Positions 55,622 through 64,000 of a stretch of DNA of 64,000 nt are shown one piece after another. Source of the DNA: an uncultured Thermotogae bacterium (GTDB lineage: Bacteria; Bipolaricaulota; Bipolaricaulia; M55B111); the NCBI GenBank assembly GCA_964614065.1, contig CAZTJJ010000002.1:6878-70877 (forward strand). Direction: 5' to 3'. The stretch's first letter is position 1; every line of letters starts with the position of its first letter. A program made the position numbers and the translations under genes. The notes under the pieces were generated by a model. It ran no database searches. It was not told the DNA's origin and saw only the letters and a program-made list of their open reading frames with translations.

Positions 55622-57259
55622 TTAAGTTTCCGGCTTTGGCGGATAATGAATGTAACCCTGATCGTCCCACCAGTAACCTGCATCTTCAAGAATATCGCGG
55701 GCTTTATCCAAATCGAACTCGTATGGTTTGACCACTGGATTATTCCAGAATTTGTTTGCGGGGGCTATCGCAGATGCACCCTTTTCAGCGTGACCCTCAA
55801 AAACTTGCTCTATAATTGTGTCTTTGGGAATTGCATGTGCTAAGGCTTTTCTAAAGGCCGGATCGCTGGTCGGTTTCTTGGCACAATCGTGATTTATGAT
55901 GTAGAATCCAAAGTTGGAAAACTCTCCAACCTCGATATTTGGATTTCCAGCTAGCTTGTCCGCTTCCAGCGCTTTCAGATGAGTGGTAACCAAATCTAAC
56001 TCGTTTGATTGCATTGCCCTTACGATACCGCTCAAGTTACTATAAGCCAACCGGACGTAGCCATTGATAGTCGGTGGATGAAAGTGTTCCTTATTCGCCG
56101 AGAGCACGTACTTCGATCCCGGTTCCCATGCTTCAAATTTGAACGGACCACTCCCTATCCACTCTTTAGGAGTCCAGTCCTGCGGTTTCTCCACATCCAC
56201 TTCACCGGGGATCTTGCTCCAGATGTGCTCCGGCAAAATGAACAATCGAGTAAGGAAGAAACCTTTGTAAGGAGCAAAAGGCTTGGTGAACTTTAAACCC
56301 ACAGTATACTCGTCGACCGCTTCCGCTCCTTCTATGTAGCTAAGCGATGAGGCGTAATACGGAGCATCCCATTTCTTCAGATAATTCACCGTAAAAGCTA
56401 CATCCTCTGCAGTTACAGGTTCACCATCGTGAAACTTGTGGCCCTCCCGGATAGAGATGTTTACCTCTGTATCGCTCACTACCTCAATGTCTTCCGCCAA
56501 CCAGGGTATAGGTTTTAAATTCTTATCGAATACGTACAGTCTATCATAGATAAGGCGGAGAGCTCTAAAGTCAGTAGCAAATATTTGTCCAAAAGGATTT
56601 AGGGTCTGAATCCTGCCAGGGTAACCACCCCGTAAAACCTGCCTATTTTTAGGTTCGATCTCAAGAATATTCCAGAATGACGCATATCCTTCCCCGGGCA
56701 GTGGAACAGGATTTTTGAAATTATCGGACCGGTAAGCGTTCATGACGGTAGAATTGAGGATGATATTCGAGGGTTGCTTTTCGTGAACGAGCTTTTGCGC
56801 CTCGTATATTATCTCTCTTCTGCGTTCAGTGTCGTATTCCTCGCGTTCGGCGTCCAGAAGAGCATCCACTGCGGCATTGCTAAACTGGGTGTCATTAAAT
56901 GCACCCTGTGGCTTTGACCGAAACAACCTATAAAGGAAGTAATCTGGGTCAAGTCTCTGTGGAGATCCTGTCCACCAAGTCATGTTCCAGTGCCACTCAT
57001 GAGGAACTTCGTACTCCCGGGCAATCATTGTTTTGTATTCGAGAGTACTGAGTTTCATCTCCACGCCGATTTTTTTAAACTCGTCCTGAATAAGTCGTGC
57101 AGTTTCTACAATCAATGGATTGGCTTCAGCTGTAAACGTTATCAGCTTTAACTCGCCGATACGGCCATCGGCCTCCTCGTCCGCTAAAGCCGCTCCCCCA
57201 AACACTAAAAACAATGACAGAACAAGAATCACAAAAAAGCTTGTTTTCAAACTCTTCAT
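55622..57259 (-). CDS. Peptide ABC substrate-binding protein (family 5)
   Basis: Signal peptide, PWLAE, FHDGEPVTAEDVAFT, IGSGPFKF, FRKALAHAI.K, YEFDLDKARDILEDAGY. Confidence 0.92.
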   Translation of the reverse strand: MKSLKTSFFVILVLSLFLVFGGAALADEEADGRIGELKLITFTAEANPLIVETARLIQDEFKKIGVEMKLSTLEYKTMIAREYEVPHEWHWNMTWWTGSPQRLDPDYFLYRLFRSKPQGAFNDTQFSNAAVDALLDAEREEYDTERRREIIYEAQKLVHEKQPSNIILNSTVMNAYRSDNFKNPVPLPGEGYASFWNILEIEPKNRQVLRGGYPGRIQTLNPFGQIFATDFRALRLIYDRLYVFDKNLKPIPWLAEDIEVVSDTEVNISIREGHKFHDGEPVTAEDVAFTVNYLKKWDAPYYASSLSYIEGAEAVDEYTVGLKFTKPFAPYKGFFLTRLFILPEHIWSKIPGEVDVEKPQDWTPKEWIGSGPFKFEAWEPGSKYVLSANKEHFHPPTINGYVRLAYSNLSGIVRAMQSNELDLVTTHLKALEADKLAGNPNIEVGEFSNFGFYIINHDCAKKPTSDPAFRKALAHAIPKDTIIEQVFEGHAEKGASAIAPANKFWNNPVVKPYEFDLDKARDILEDAGYWWDDQGYIHYPPKPET

Positions 57260-57680
57260 TTAAACCTCCTGTTAAAATACTTTCAGATTTTCTTTGTTGA
57301 CATTACCTGAATTTCAACTGTAAAAATTTGACAATCTACAGGTTTCTAGTATAAATTTATAAAAGTTAATCACCTCCTTTACCTTAACTTTACGATCTCA
57401 TTATATTCTATCAAGTGTCAAGATCAACTTGGGCTACGACTAACCCCTTTAGCCAGATCACTCGGTATGCCTATCGAGCTGTTCGTTCTTTTACCGTAAA
57501 AAAACGTCCATCTTAAGCCAAGAAACATTAGGGGGGACATTTTTGGAAGGGTTTTCATTCCAGGCTTAAATTCAACCTGCTGGACCACTTGTGGAGTTTC
57601 TAGCCGAGGAAAAAATAGGGTGGTCCCTCTGAAAAGTAAGTCAACCGGGGAGGAAAGATTTACGAAGCTACTGTGAAGGC

Positions 57681-57887
57681 TTAGCCTTGGTCAACCATTT
57701 GGTTCAAAGATTTGCCGAATGATGGTTTTGTAATGCCCTTTTCCGCAATGATCCCAGGGATGTTTTCTGCAGGGGATACGTCAAAACCCGGATTGTAAAC
57801 ATCTATTCCTTCCGGAGCTATTCTTGTGTCATCTATTTCCAGAACTTCATCTGGAGAACGCTCTTAAATTTCAATTCCGTCAAAGAG
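57681..57887 (-). pseudogene. mtnA: C-terminal fragment of methylthioribose-1-phosphate isomerase (MtnA/eIF2B-like) with an in-frame stop
   Basis: Hand translation: [67 protein letters not shown], matching the MtnA signature IEER..EEV...IAP.G..VYNPAFDVTP..LI..IITEKG. Confidence 0.85.
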
Positions 57888-58667
57888 CTAAAGTGTTTCC
57901 CCAAGTATTGTCAAATAGAAATCTTGAACGCTAGCTAATTTGTGGAGTTTTTCTTCATCTTTGATCGTAACTTTGCTGTCATGGGTGGAGATAGTTTCCG
58001 ATTCTTTTAACCTTTTAATTAATCGTCTAAGAGTTTCGGCTGAGACACCCGTCAAGTCCGCGAGTGTGTGTCGGGGTAATTTTAGATCTATTTGACTTCC
58101 TGATTCGACCTTTTTACCATACTTCTCATTGAAACCCAGGAGCAAAGTAGCGAAATTTTGCAAGGAACCCTCCGAAGTTTCTCGAGTGAGTTTAAACTCC
58201 AGCATGGCCACCTCTCTAGCAAACCACATACACAAATCATATAAAGCGTTCGGGCAATTGGTAACAAAGTCGTTAAACGCCGAGGCCTCGATGGAGATCA
58301 ACTCGGAATCTAAAACAGCACGAGCAAATTGGATGTTGGTACGCTGATTAGGAAGAAATAATACTTCTAACCCGAACCACTCCCTCGAGCCTAGAAATCT
58401 TAGAACTCGCCTTTTTCTTGGTTTTGAATACTTGCCTATCTTGACAAGACCACTACGGACGATATAAATACTCGAAGAAAGCGATCCTTCTTGCACAACG
58501 AGGTCCCCACCAGAGTATTGAACCAAGAAAATGGAATCACTAAGTTTCTCTATTTCATCTGAAGGCACATCTTTCAGGGAAGAAGAAAGAAATGAAATAA
58601 TCTGGCTGAAATCCGGTTTCTTCCTGTCTGAGGTAGTATTATTATCGATCTTATTCCTTTCTGACAT
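57888..58667 (-). CDS. Crp/Fnr family regulator, copy 2
   Basis: Cupin-like cNMP domain (VVQEGSLSSSIYIVRSGLVKI) and C-terminal HTH (LADLTGVSAETLRRLIKRLKE). Confidence 0.92.
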   Translation of the reverse strand: MSERNKIDNNTTSDRKKPDFSQIISFLSSSLKDVPSDEIEKLSDSIFLVQYSGGDLVVQEGSLSSSIYIVRSGLVKIGKYSKPRKRRVLRFLGSREWFGLEVLFLPNQRTNIQFARAVLDSELISIEASAFNDFVTNCPNALYDLCMWFAREVAMLEFKLTRETSEGSLQNFATLLLGFNEKYGKKVESGSQIDLKLPRHTLADLTGVSAETLRRLIKRLKESETISTHDSKVTIKDEEKLHKLASVQDFYLTILGETL

Positions 58668-58831
58668 TTAATTAGAGGAAGTCTTTTTCTATAGCATGAA
58701 CTAAAAACACCAATGCTTCTAGCATTTCTTAATTTTAATTATGTAACCTGCATATAACTTAATCAATATTTTTGCTTTAAAGATATTGCTTTAAAAAAGA
58801 AGGTGACAAAAAAATTTCAGGCATTATTAAC

Positions 58832-59578
58832 TCAAATGAAATTGTTCAGCTTCTTTGTGTCATTGATGCAAATTTTCTCATCTTTGAGAGACAGAAATCC
58901 GTTTTTTTCAAGCTTGTTCAAAGTTCGACTTATTGAACCTTCAGATACTCCTAAAATGCCGGCAAGGACTTTTCTTTGTAACTTGAGGCATACACGATGT
59001 CCCGCGTTCTTTCTGGTACCCCTCTGATTATAGATCTTAATTAATAACTTTGCTAAACGTTTGTCTGTGGTTAGGAAACCTTCGTTGAGTAGCTTGTATT
59101 CAAATTCTTTTAGGCTCGAAGAAAGATAGTCACACATATCATGAAATGCGTCGGGAGTATGATAGAGAAAATTAATGAATCTACTTTTCTCCAAAAACAC
59201 TAGATCCACGTCAACTATACACCTTGCGTAACCAAATCGGGATTTGCTATCCTGACCAAATACAGTTTCTTCTCCAATGAGATCACCCGGCCCCAGCAAC
59301 TTGAATATTCTACTACGTCCAGTTTCCCCCTTAAGTTGTTTTCCATAAACAACAACACCGTTGCATATTAGATAAATTCCGTCCGAGAGTGATCCCTCCT
59401 GAAATAGAAGGTCTCCTTGGTGATAGTTTACTGGAAGCATTATCTCTTCTAGCTCTTCGGTTTGTTTTTGATTTAAGCTCGGAAAAATATTATAGTGCAA
59501 AGGCACTTCAGATGATTTTTGCCATTCCACTTGATCTTTATTGATTTCCGAGTCTTTGGTATTTATCTGAAAATTCAT
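58832..59578 (-). CDS. Crp/Fnr family regulator, copy 1
   Basis: LFQEGSLSDGIYLICNG, LGPGDLIGE...SR, HTH LAGILGVSEGSISRTLNKLEKNG. Confidence 0.92.
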   Translation of the reverse strand: MNFQINTKDSEINKDQVEWQKSSEVPLHYNIFPSLNQKQTEELEEIMLPVNYHQGDLLFQEGSLSDGIYLICNGVVVYGKQLKGETGRSRIFKLLGPGDLIGEETVFGQDSKSRFGYARCIVDVDLVFLEKSRFINFLYHTPDAFHDMCDYLSSSLKEFEYKLLNEGFLTTDKRLAKLLIKIYNQRGTRKNAGHRVCLKLQRKVLAGILGVSEGSISRTLNKLEKNGFLSLKDEKICINDTKKLNNFI

Positions 59579-59606
59579 TTTACCTATTTTTTTATATTAT
59601 TTGGAT

Positions 59607-60152
59607 TCAAGTACTGAGGTTTTTATCAGAGTTATCGGGTTCCCATATCTTGATAGGAGCGTAATGGACGGAGGTGAGCACAGCTCCGTAACCTCGCCTG
59701 CTTTTGATATCACTTTCGTCAACCAACTGTACATCAAGAAAGCCTGTGTAGTCGTCCCCAAAGAACTTGGTTCCTAGCAACTGGTTATAATAAAACTCAA
59801 GTTCACCGCTGAGCGTGGTTAGTAATAACTCCAACTCCTCTACCTTTTTCGTGGTTAAAATAATTAAATCAATATCAGACGCAGGTCCCGAGGAGTTTTC
59901 TACGGAACTCCCATGTATATATATGCCTTTAAAGTTATTACTTAAAGATCCTATATAACGACTGATCTGATGTGCGAGTCCATATCTAAAATAACTGTGT
60001 GCCGACGAATCTTCCTGTCTTAGCAGTTGAATAGCTTCTTCTCTGTCTCGGTTAATTTTCTCCGTACAAAAGTCAATTGCTCCGGCAAAAGTTACTTCAC
60101 AATCAAAGTGAAGCCCTGTAGTAGTACCAAGTAACCCATCATTAATCAGCAT
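59607..60152 (-). CDS. Stand-alone Pol-beta-superfamily nucleotidyltransferase-domain protein
   Basis: GIYIHGS.....GPASDIDLIIL (hG[GS]x9-13DhD) plus a third acidic residue in LDVQLVD; helical N-terminal extension. Confidence 0.75.
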   Translation of the reverse strand: MLINDGLLGTTTGLHFDCEVTFAGAIDFCTEKINRDREEAIQLLRQEDSSAHSYFRYGLAHQISRYIGSLSNNFKGIYIHGSSVENSSGPASDIDLIILTTKKVEELELLLTTLSGELEFYYNQLLGTKFFGDDYTGFLDVQLVDESDIKSRRGYGAVLTSVHYAPIKIWEPDNSDKNLST

Positions 60153-61242
60153 AACTACCGCTCCAAAAGTTTTTATCTACCTCTTTCAGTTGAGTGTCTG
60201 TAGTCTGGATTGACCGGTGAACTGCCAGTGAGTATGCACTTGTCTTAATGGATATAGAATTTTCCCGGGAATAGCTCCAAACGTCCCGGAATAGATCCGT
60301 CACTAGTTGAAGGCTTTTTCTTTGAATCTCTTTGCGTCCAAGGTGGCAATAGCTATTGTGAGTTAGCCATTCAGTATAAAACTGTATAAGGTTCGGTGCA
60401 GACACTACGATGTCTGGTATAATTTCAATCTCTCTTTCTGCAAGAATCAGTTGCGCTTCTGGAGTAATTATTCCATTCCTGCCTTCTATAATAGTGTGCG
60501 TCCGAATTCTTCTCGCATTCAGCATGGATACTTTTTTTTCGGTCAAGATGAATACATCTACCAATTGAGAATATCCATTCTTCGTGGGCAAAACAGCGAA
60601 TTTATCCTCAGGTAGTTGTTTAAGAATGCCATTGGTGAGATCATTGCCCAAGTCACTAGTTATCCTAATCCGCTCTTTATTCGGGTATTTGTAGGCTTTA
60701 ATTAGCTCGATTAACTTGGCTAAGCATTTAGTAGATAGATATGAGCCTGAAATATCACCAGTTCGAAAAGGCTTCACTCTTAAAAGTTTGTTGTGTGAGC
60801 CCAAGCATGAAAAAATAGATTCCTGTAAGCTATCTTCAAGTTTTAGTTGTTCAAACGAGGACAAAAAATCTTCCCGATATTTGATTCCAACCAACAGGAA
60901 TTCAAAGGGTATGCGGAGCAACCTAGCCTGCAAGTGTACCCCAAGAGCCTTCGCTTTGAGCCAATCAAGATAAACCCCAGGATCGAAAATTATCCCTCCG
61001 AGAATACGTTTTTTGGGACCTCTATGTACAATTGCATGCCCACTTAGTACTTTCGTACCGCCGTTCAACCCTTTTATTGGTAGTACACAGGACAGTTCGC
61101 GGTAAGGTTTCTCCAGTACTTGCCGCTGATATTCATCGATCTGGTTCTTACGACAGATGTACTTGAGCTGCGATTGTAATATACGGTAGGGATTCTCGTC
61201 ACGGGGTAGTACCGACTTTTTTCTTTCTCCTTTCGTTTTCAT
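60142..61242 (-). CDS. Degenerate Glu/Leu/Phe/Val dehydrogenase paralog (pseudoenzyme)
   Basis: Aligns by eye with the neighbouring GdhA (ENPY, P.RE..LPIK..G.T..L.G, GGI.F.P; IIEGRNGIITPEAQLILAE..I.IIPD..EW) but lacks the catalytic and NAD-binding motifs. Confidence 0.8.
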   Translation of the reverse strand: MKTKGERKKSVLPRDENPYRILQSQLKYICRKNQIDEYQRQVLEKPYRELSCVLPIKGLNGGTKVLSGHAIVHRGPKKRILGGIIFDPGVYLDWLKAKALGVHLQARLLRIPFEFLLVGIKYREDFLSSFEQLKLEDSLQESIFSCLGSHNKLLRVKPFRTGDISGSYLSTKCLAKLIELIKAYKYPNKERIRITSDLGNDLTNGILKQLPEDKFAVLPTKNGYSQLVDVFILTEKKVSMLNARRIRTHTIIEGRNGIITPEAQLILAEREIEIIPDIVVSAPNLIQFYTEWLTHNSYCHLGRKEIQRKSLQLVTDLFRDVWSYSRENSISIKTSAYSLAVHRSIQTTDTQLKEVDKNFWSGSYAD

Positions 61243-61720
61243 TTATGTCCTCATTGCAAATCGACTTAATTTTGTGACTGAGCTTCTATTTCAAATAAAT
61301 TTAACGCTAATTTAGAGTAAAACGATACGATATTACTCAATGTGACCCTCCAATGTCGTAGGAAAAAATAGAGTTAGTTCATGTGCAAATATCGATCATT
61401 TGACTGGGTAATAACACACGGGTGAGGGAGAAGGATGATATATCTCGAACCAGATTATCCAAAGTCTAACCTCGATTAACCAGATAGGTTTTGGGACAGA
61501 AGCAAATATATTCAACAAATCATGTAGTAACGCGAGGGATAGAAATCCTTAAAGAGAATGTAAGCTATTTGTTGAATGTCATTTTCTGGAAAGCAAGTTA
61601 GTTCTATCATCTGATTGTTAACCTCAATAAAGTCTTTAGAGGTGTTACTACACTACAAAGTAAAGACGAAGCAGGACAGCAAGTGATAGATATATATTCG
61701 GTCCATAGGAGATGATTCAG

Positions 61721-63025
61721 ATGGTCAGTAGAACTTCAACAATACCAAGAGAAAAACCACAAAAAGAAGAAAACCCTTTTGAAGTCGCAAGAAAACAGCT
61801 TGACGAGGTCGCATCGTTATTGGGATTGGATGGTCCCGTTTATCAACTGTTGAGAAATCCTATGAAGGAATTCCACTTTACAATACCCGTAAAAATGGAC
61901 TCCGGTAAGACCGAGATCTTTGATGGTTACAGGGTACAATACAACTCTGCGCTTGGTCCTACAAAAGGTGGTATAAGATTTCACCCAGGGGAGACACTGA
62001 ACACAATCAGAGCGCTTTCCGCCTGGATGACATGGAAGTGTGCCCTCTTGAATTTACCTTACGGCGGCGCGAAAGGTGGAGTAGTATGCAACCCTCAAGA
62101 AATGAGCGATGATGAACTAGAGAGGTTATCAAGAGGATACATAAGGGGGCTGAGTTCGCTAATTGGTCCTCATAAAGACATACCTGCACCCGACGTTAAC
62201 ACGAACCAGCAAATAATTGCTTCCATGATGGACGAATTCTCTAAACTAAAAGATTACAGCTGTCCCGGGGTTATCACAGGCAAGCCACTTTCTGTTGGTG
62301 GTTCTATAGGAAGAGATGACGCTACTGCCCGTGGCGGTATGTACGTGCTTCGTAATTTTGCCCAAAAGGCTGGAACAGACCTAAGAGACGCAACCGTTGC
62401 AATACAGGGGTACGGAAATGTGGGTTCTCACGCTCACAAATTAGTAGAAGAGCTGTTTGGCGCAAAAGTCGTAGCACTAAGCGATGTAGAAGGGGCAATT
62501 TATTCAAAGGAAGGCCTAAAGTACGAGGATATATCCAAGAATCTGAAAAGCCCCGGTGTTTTTTCTAAAGAAGTTCAGAGAGCAGAACTGCTGGGTCGTG
62601 GGAATGATGGAAATAAAGAACTTTTAAAGCTACCAGTAGACATACTAATTCCTGCTGCAATAGAAAACGTTATCACCGACGAAAACGCAGAGGACGTAAA
62701 TGCGGGGGTTATTTTAGAGTTGGCAAACGGACCTTTAACCCCTGAAGCGGACGAGATTTTACATGAAGCAGGAACCCTGATAATTCCAGATTTTCTAGCA
62801 AACGCAGGTGGGGTTACGGTTTCTTACTTTGAATGGGTTCAAAACCTCACGGGTTATTACTGGGATATTGATAGAATCCATGAGAGGCTGGATAGAAAGA
62901 TGACTGCCGCGTTTAACGAAGTATACGATACCAGTATTGAGAAAAACATTACCTATCGACAAGCAGCCTACGTGGTTGCGGTACAAAGAGTTGTCGAAGC
63001 AATGAAATTCCGAAAATGGGTATAG
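61721..63025 (+). CDS. gdhA: Glu/Leu/Phe/Val dehydrogenase, most likely glutamate dehydrogenase
   Basis: GPTKGGIRFHP, MTWKCA, GGAKGG, DIPAPDVNT, ITGKP..GGS.GR..AT, IQGYGNVG, ELANGP, PDFLANAGGVTVSYFEWVQN; second ATG preferred from SD spacing. Confidence 0.95.
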   Translation: MVSRTSTIPREKPQKEENPFEVARKQLDEVASLLGLDGPVYQLLRNPMKEFHFTIPVKMDSGKTEIFDGYRVQYNSALGPTKGGIRFHPGETLNTIRALSAWMTWKCALLNLPYGGAKGGVVCNPQEMSDDELERLSRGYIRGLSSLIGPHKDIPAPDVNTNQQIIASMMDEFSKLKDYSCPGVITGKPLSVGGSIGRDDATARGGMYVLRNFAQKAGTDLRDATVAIQGYGNVGSHAHKLVEELFGAKVVALSDVEGAIYSKEGLKYEDISKNLKSPGVFSKEVQRAELLGRGNDGNKELLKLPVDILIPAAIENVITDENAEDVNAGVILELANGPLTPEADEILHEAGTLIIPDFLANAGGVTVSYFEWVQNLTGYYWDIDRIHERLDRKMTAAFNEVYDTSIEKNITYRQAAYVVAVQRVVEAMKFRKWV

Positions 63026-63050
63026 ACAGATTGTCTGAAAAAAATTGATC

Positions 63051-63201
63051 GGACAAACAACTCCGGATCAAGGGTTTTCCGGAGTTGTTTGTCCTCAGTT
63101 ACTTCTCGTTGGAGTAACAGAATTTGTGGCTCACATAACAATGTATGTGGGCCACAACTCTTTTTGAGCGGGAGATTCATTAACCCGTTTAGTTGTTTGT
63201 C
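63051..63201. other. Cluster of strong hairpins downstream of gdhA (includes the likely terminator)
   Basis: 17-bp perfect stem 63051-63094, 8-bp stem 63098-63118, 14-bp stem 63124-63157 followed by CTCTTTTT. Confidence 0.7.
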
Positions 63202-63661
63202 AAACCCGTCATTTGAGCTCACACTTTCTTCGATCATTTGGGGTTCCTCCTCTTTTACAAATTCATTCTACTGGAGGATACCCCATTTTTAGATTAATAC
63301 ACTACCTATTATAGGATATGAGGATTGCTAAAACGGTGCAATTACTAGCCAATTTATCACCTATCTAGCTAACAAATGGGGTTTATATATCAGTTGAAAA
63401 AGAAATAATTATGCTTGTGGTTGTCGTTGGCAAGTAATTTATACAGAGAACGGACACCTAGCAGACTGTAGAGTATAACAACTAGAAACCGGAATTAGAA
63501 AATAAAATTTTGCACAATCAATTAGTTATGCTCAGAAAGCCTCTTGACAAGGGAATTTTAATAAGAGTACCCAATAGTCTAGATATATAGGTTCAACCAA
63601 TTTTTGCATGGAAATTGCGAGTCTATAAGAATTGATTTTCTTATAAACAAGGAGGCAAGCC

Positions 63662-64000
63662 ATGAACGAGAGATTAGAAGAAGCCTTTAACAAAAAGAAA
63701 GCCACATACAGATGTGGTAACTTTTGGATTTCATCTACGATCTTACTGTGCTGGATCGGTTTCATAATATTTGCATTTACGGTGTGGTTAACCGGATGGC
63801 ATACTGGCTCTAATTTCGTCTATCACCCCTCTTTAACAACTCCAGACAAACAAGGGCTGGCATCTTTTTTCTACACTATCGCTCTTTTTGCGATTGCGGG
63901 AAGTACAGTAAGTCATATACTTGGGATATTTTATAAGTTCTGGCAAATTGAAAGAGATCCCACCATCAACCAGGATATCGACATAATAGAATTTCTTAAC
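63662..64000 (+). CDS. Hypothetical membrane protein, 3'-partial
   Basis: SD AAGGAGG then ATG; open to the window end; MNERLEEAFNKKKATYRCGNFWISSTILLCWIGFIIFAFTVWLTG..., two hydrophobic segments. Confidence 0.75.
   Translation, partial: MNERLEEAFNKKKATYRCGNFWISSTILLCWIGFIIFAFTVWLTGWHTGSNFVYHPSLTTPDKQGLASFFYTIALFAIAGSTVSHILGIFYKFWQIERDPTINQDIDIIEFLN

Noticed and set aside
57368-57381. Orphan perfect SD (AAAGGAGGTGAT, minus strand) upstream of the peptide-binding protein gene; a similar one lies near 40760
   Set aside because: No in-frame start codon and ORF of credible length follows, so a leader peptide cannot be supported.
57600-57656. TTCCTCCCCG...TTCCTCGGCT on the minus strand, resembling the IS right end at 4755-4790
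   Set aside because: The subterminal palindrome is absent, so the short matches could be chance.
63532-63765. 77-aa minus-strand ORF
   Set aside because: It overlaps the better supported plus-strand gene (SD plus TM segments) and has no SD or recognisable motif.
1-64000. CRISPR array, tRNA/rRNA genes, prophage or integrase, intact transposase
   Set aside because: I saw no regularly spaced repeat-spacer pattern, cloverleaf or rRNA signature, or recombinase/transposase ORF by eye; a tRNAscan/Infernal run would be the definitive check.

Overview
A 64-kb bacterial chromosomal segment at moderate GC, mostly housekeeping genes. It probably comes from an anaerobic halophile: many proteins are acidic, and gene content and style tentatively suggest Ca. 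Bipolaricaulota/KB1, which I cannot verify here. Gene order: 3' part of secA; an unannotated 32-aa Cys-tailed peptide; an exported protein; gcvH; short glmU-prs-rplY with two IS200/IS605 (IscB/HEARO-type) end remnants flanking prs; clpC-radA-disA-punA; accD-accA; a DUF502 gene; an RHH gene plus pncB with an apparent AUU start; a SurA-like gene; ppa; ddl. Next is a ~21-kb minus-strand cluster for quaternary-amine (glycine-betaine-type) uptake, corrinoid-dependent demethylation and folate C1/glycine catabolism: HAAT ABC transporter, GntR, two non-pyrrolysine MttB, ProVW plus two ProX, corrinoid protein, gcvPA/PB, corrinoid:THF methyltransferase, fhs, folE, folD. It is followed by a lone hydantoinase-A-type ATPase, an alpha/beta hydrolase, recF-dciA-hslVU-thrS, metK, a lipocalin, a peptide ABC transporter and an mtnA remnant. 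The best candidate for an undescribed system is at 57.9-63.0 kb: an intact gdhA divergent from an operon encoding a catalytically dead GDH paralog, a stand-alone Pol-beta-type nucleotidyltransferase and two Crp/Fnr regulators. I found no rRNA, tRNA, CRISPR array, prophage or autonomous transposase. All assignments rest on motif recognition by eye; no database searches were run.
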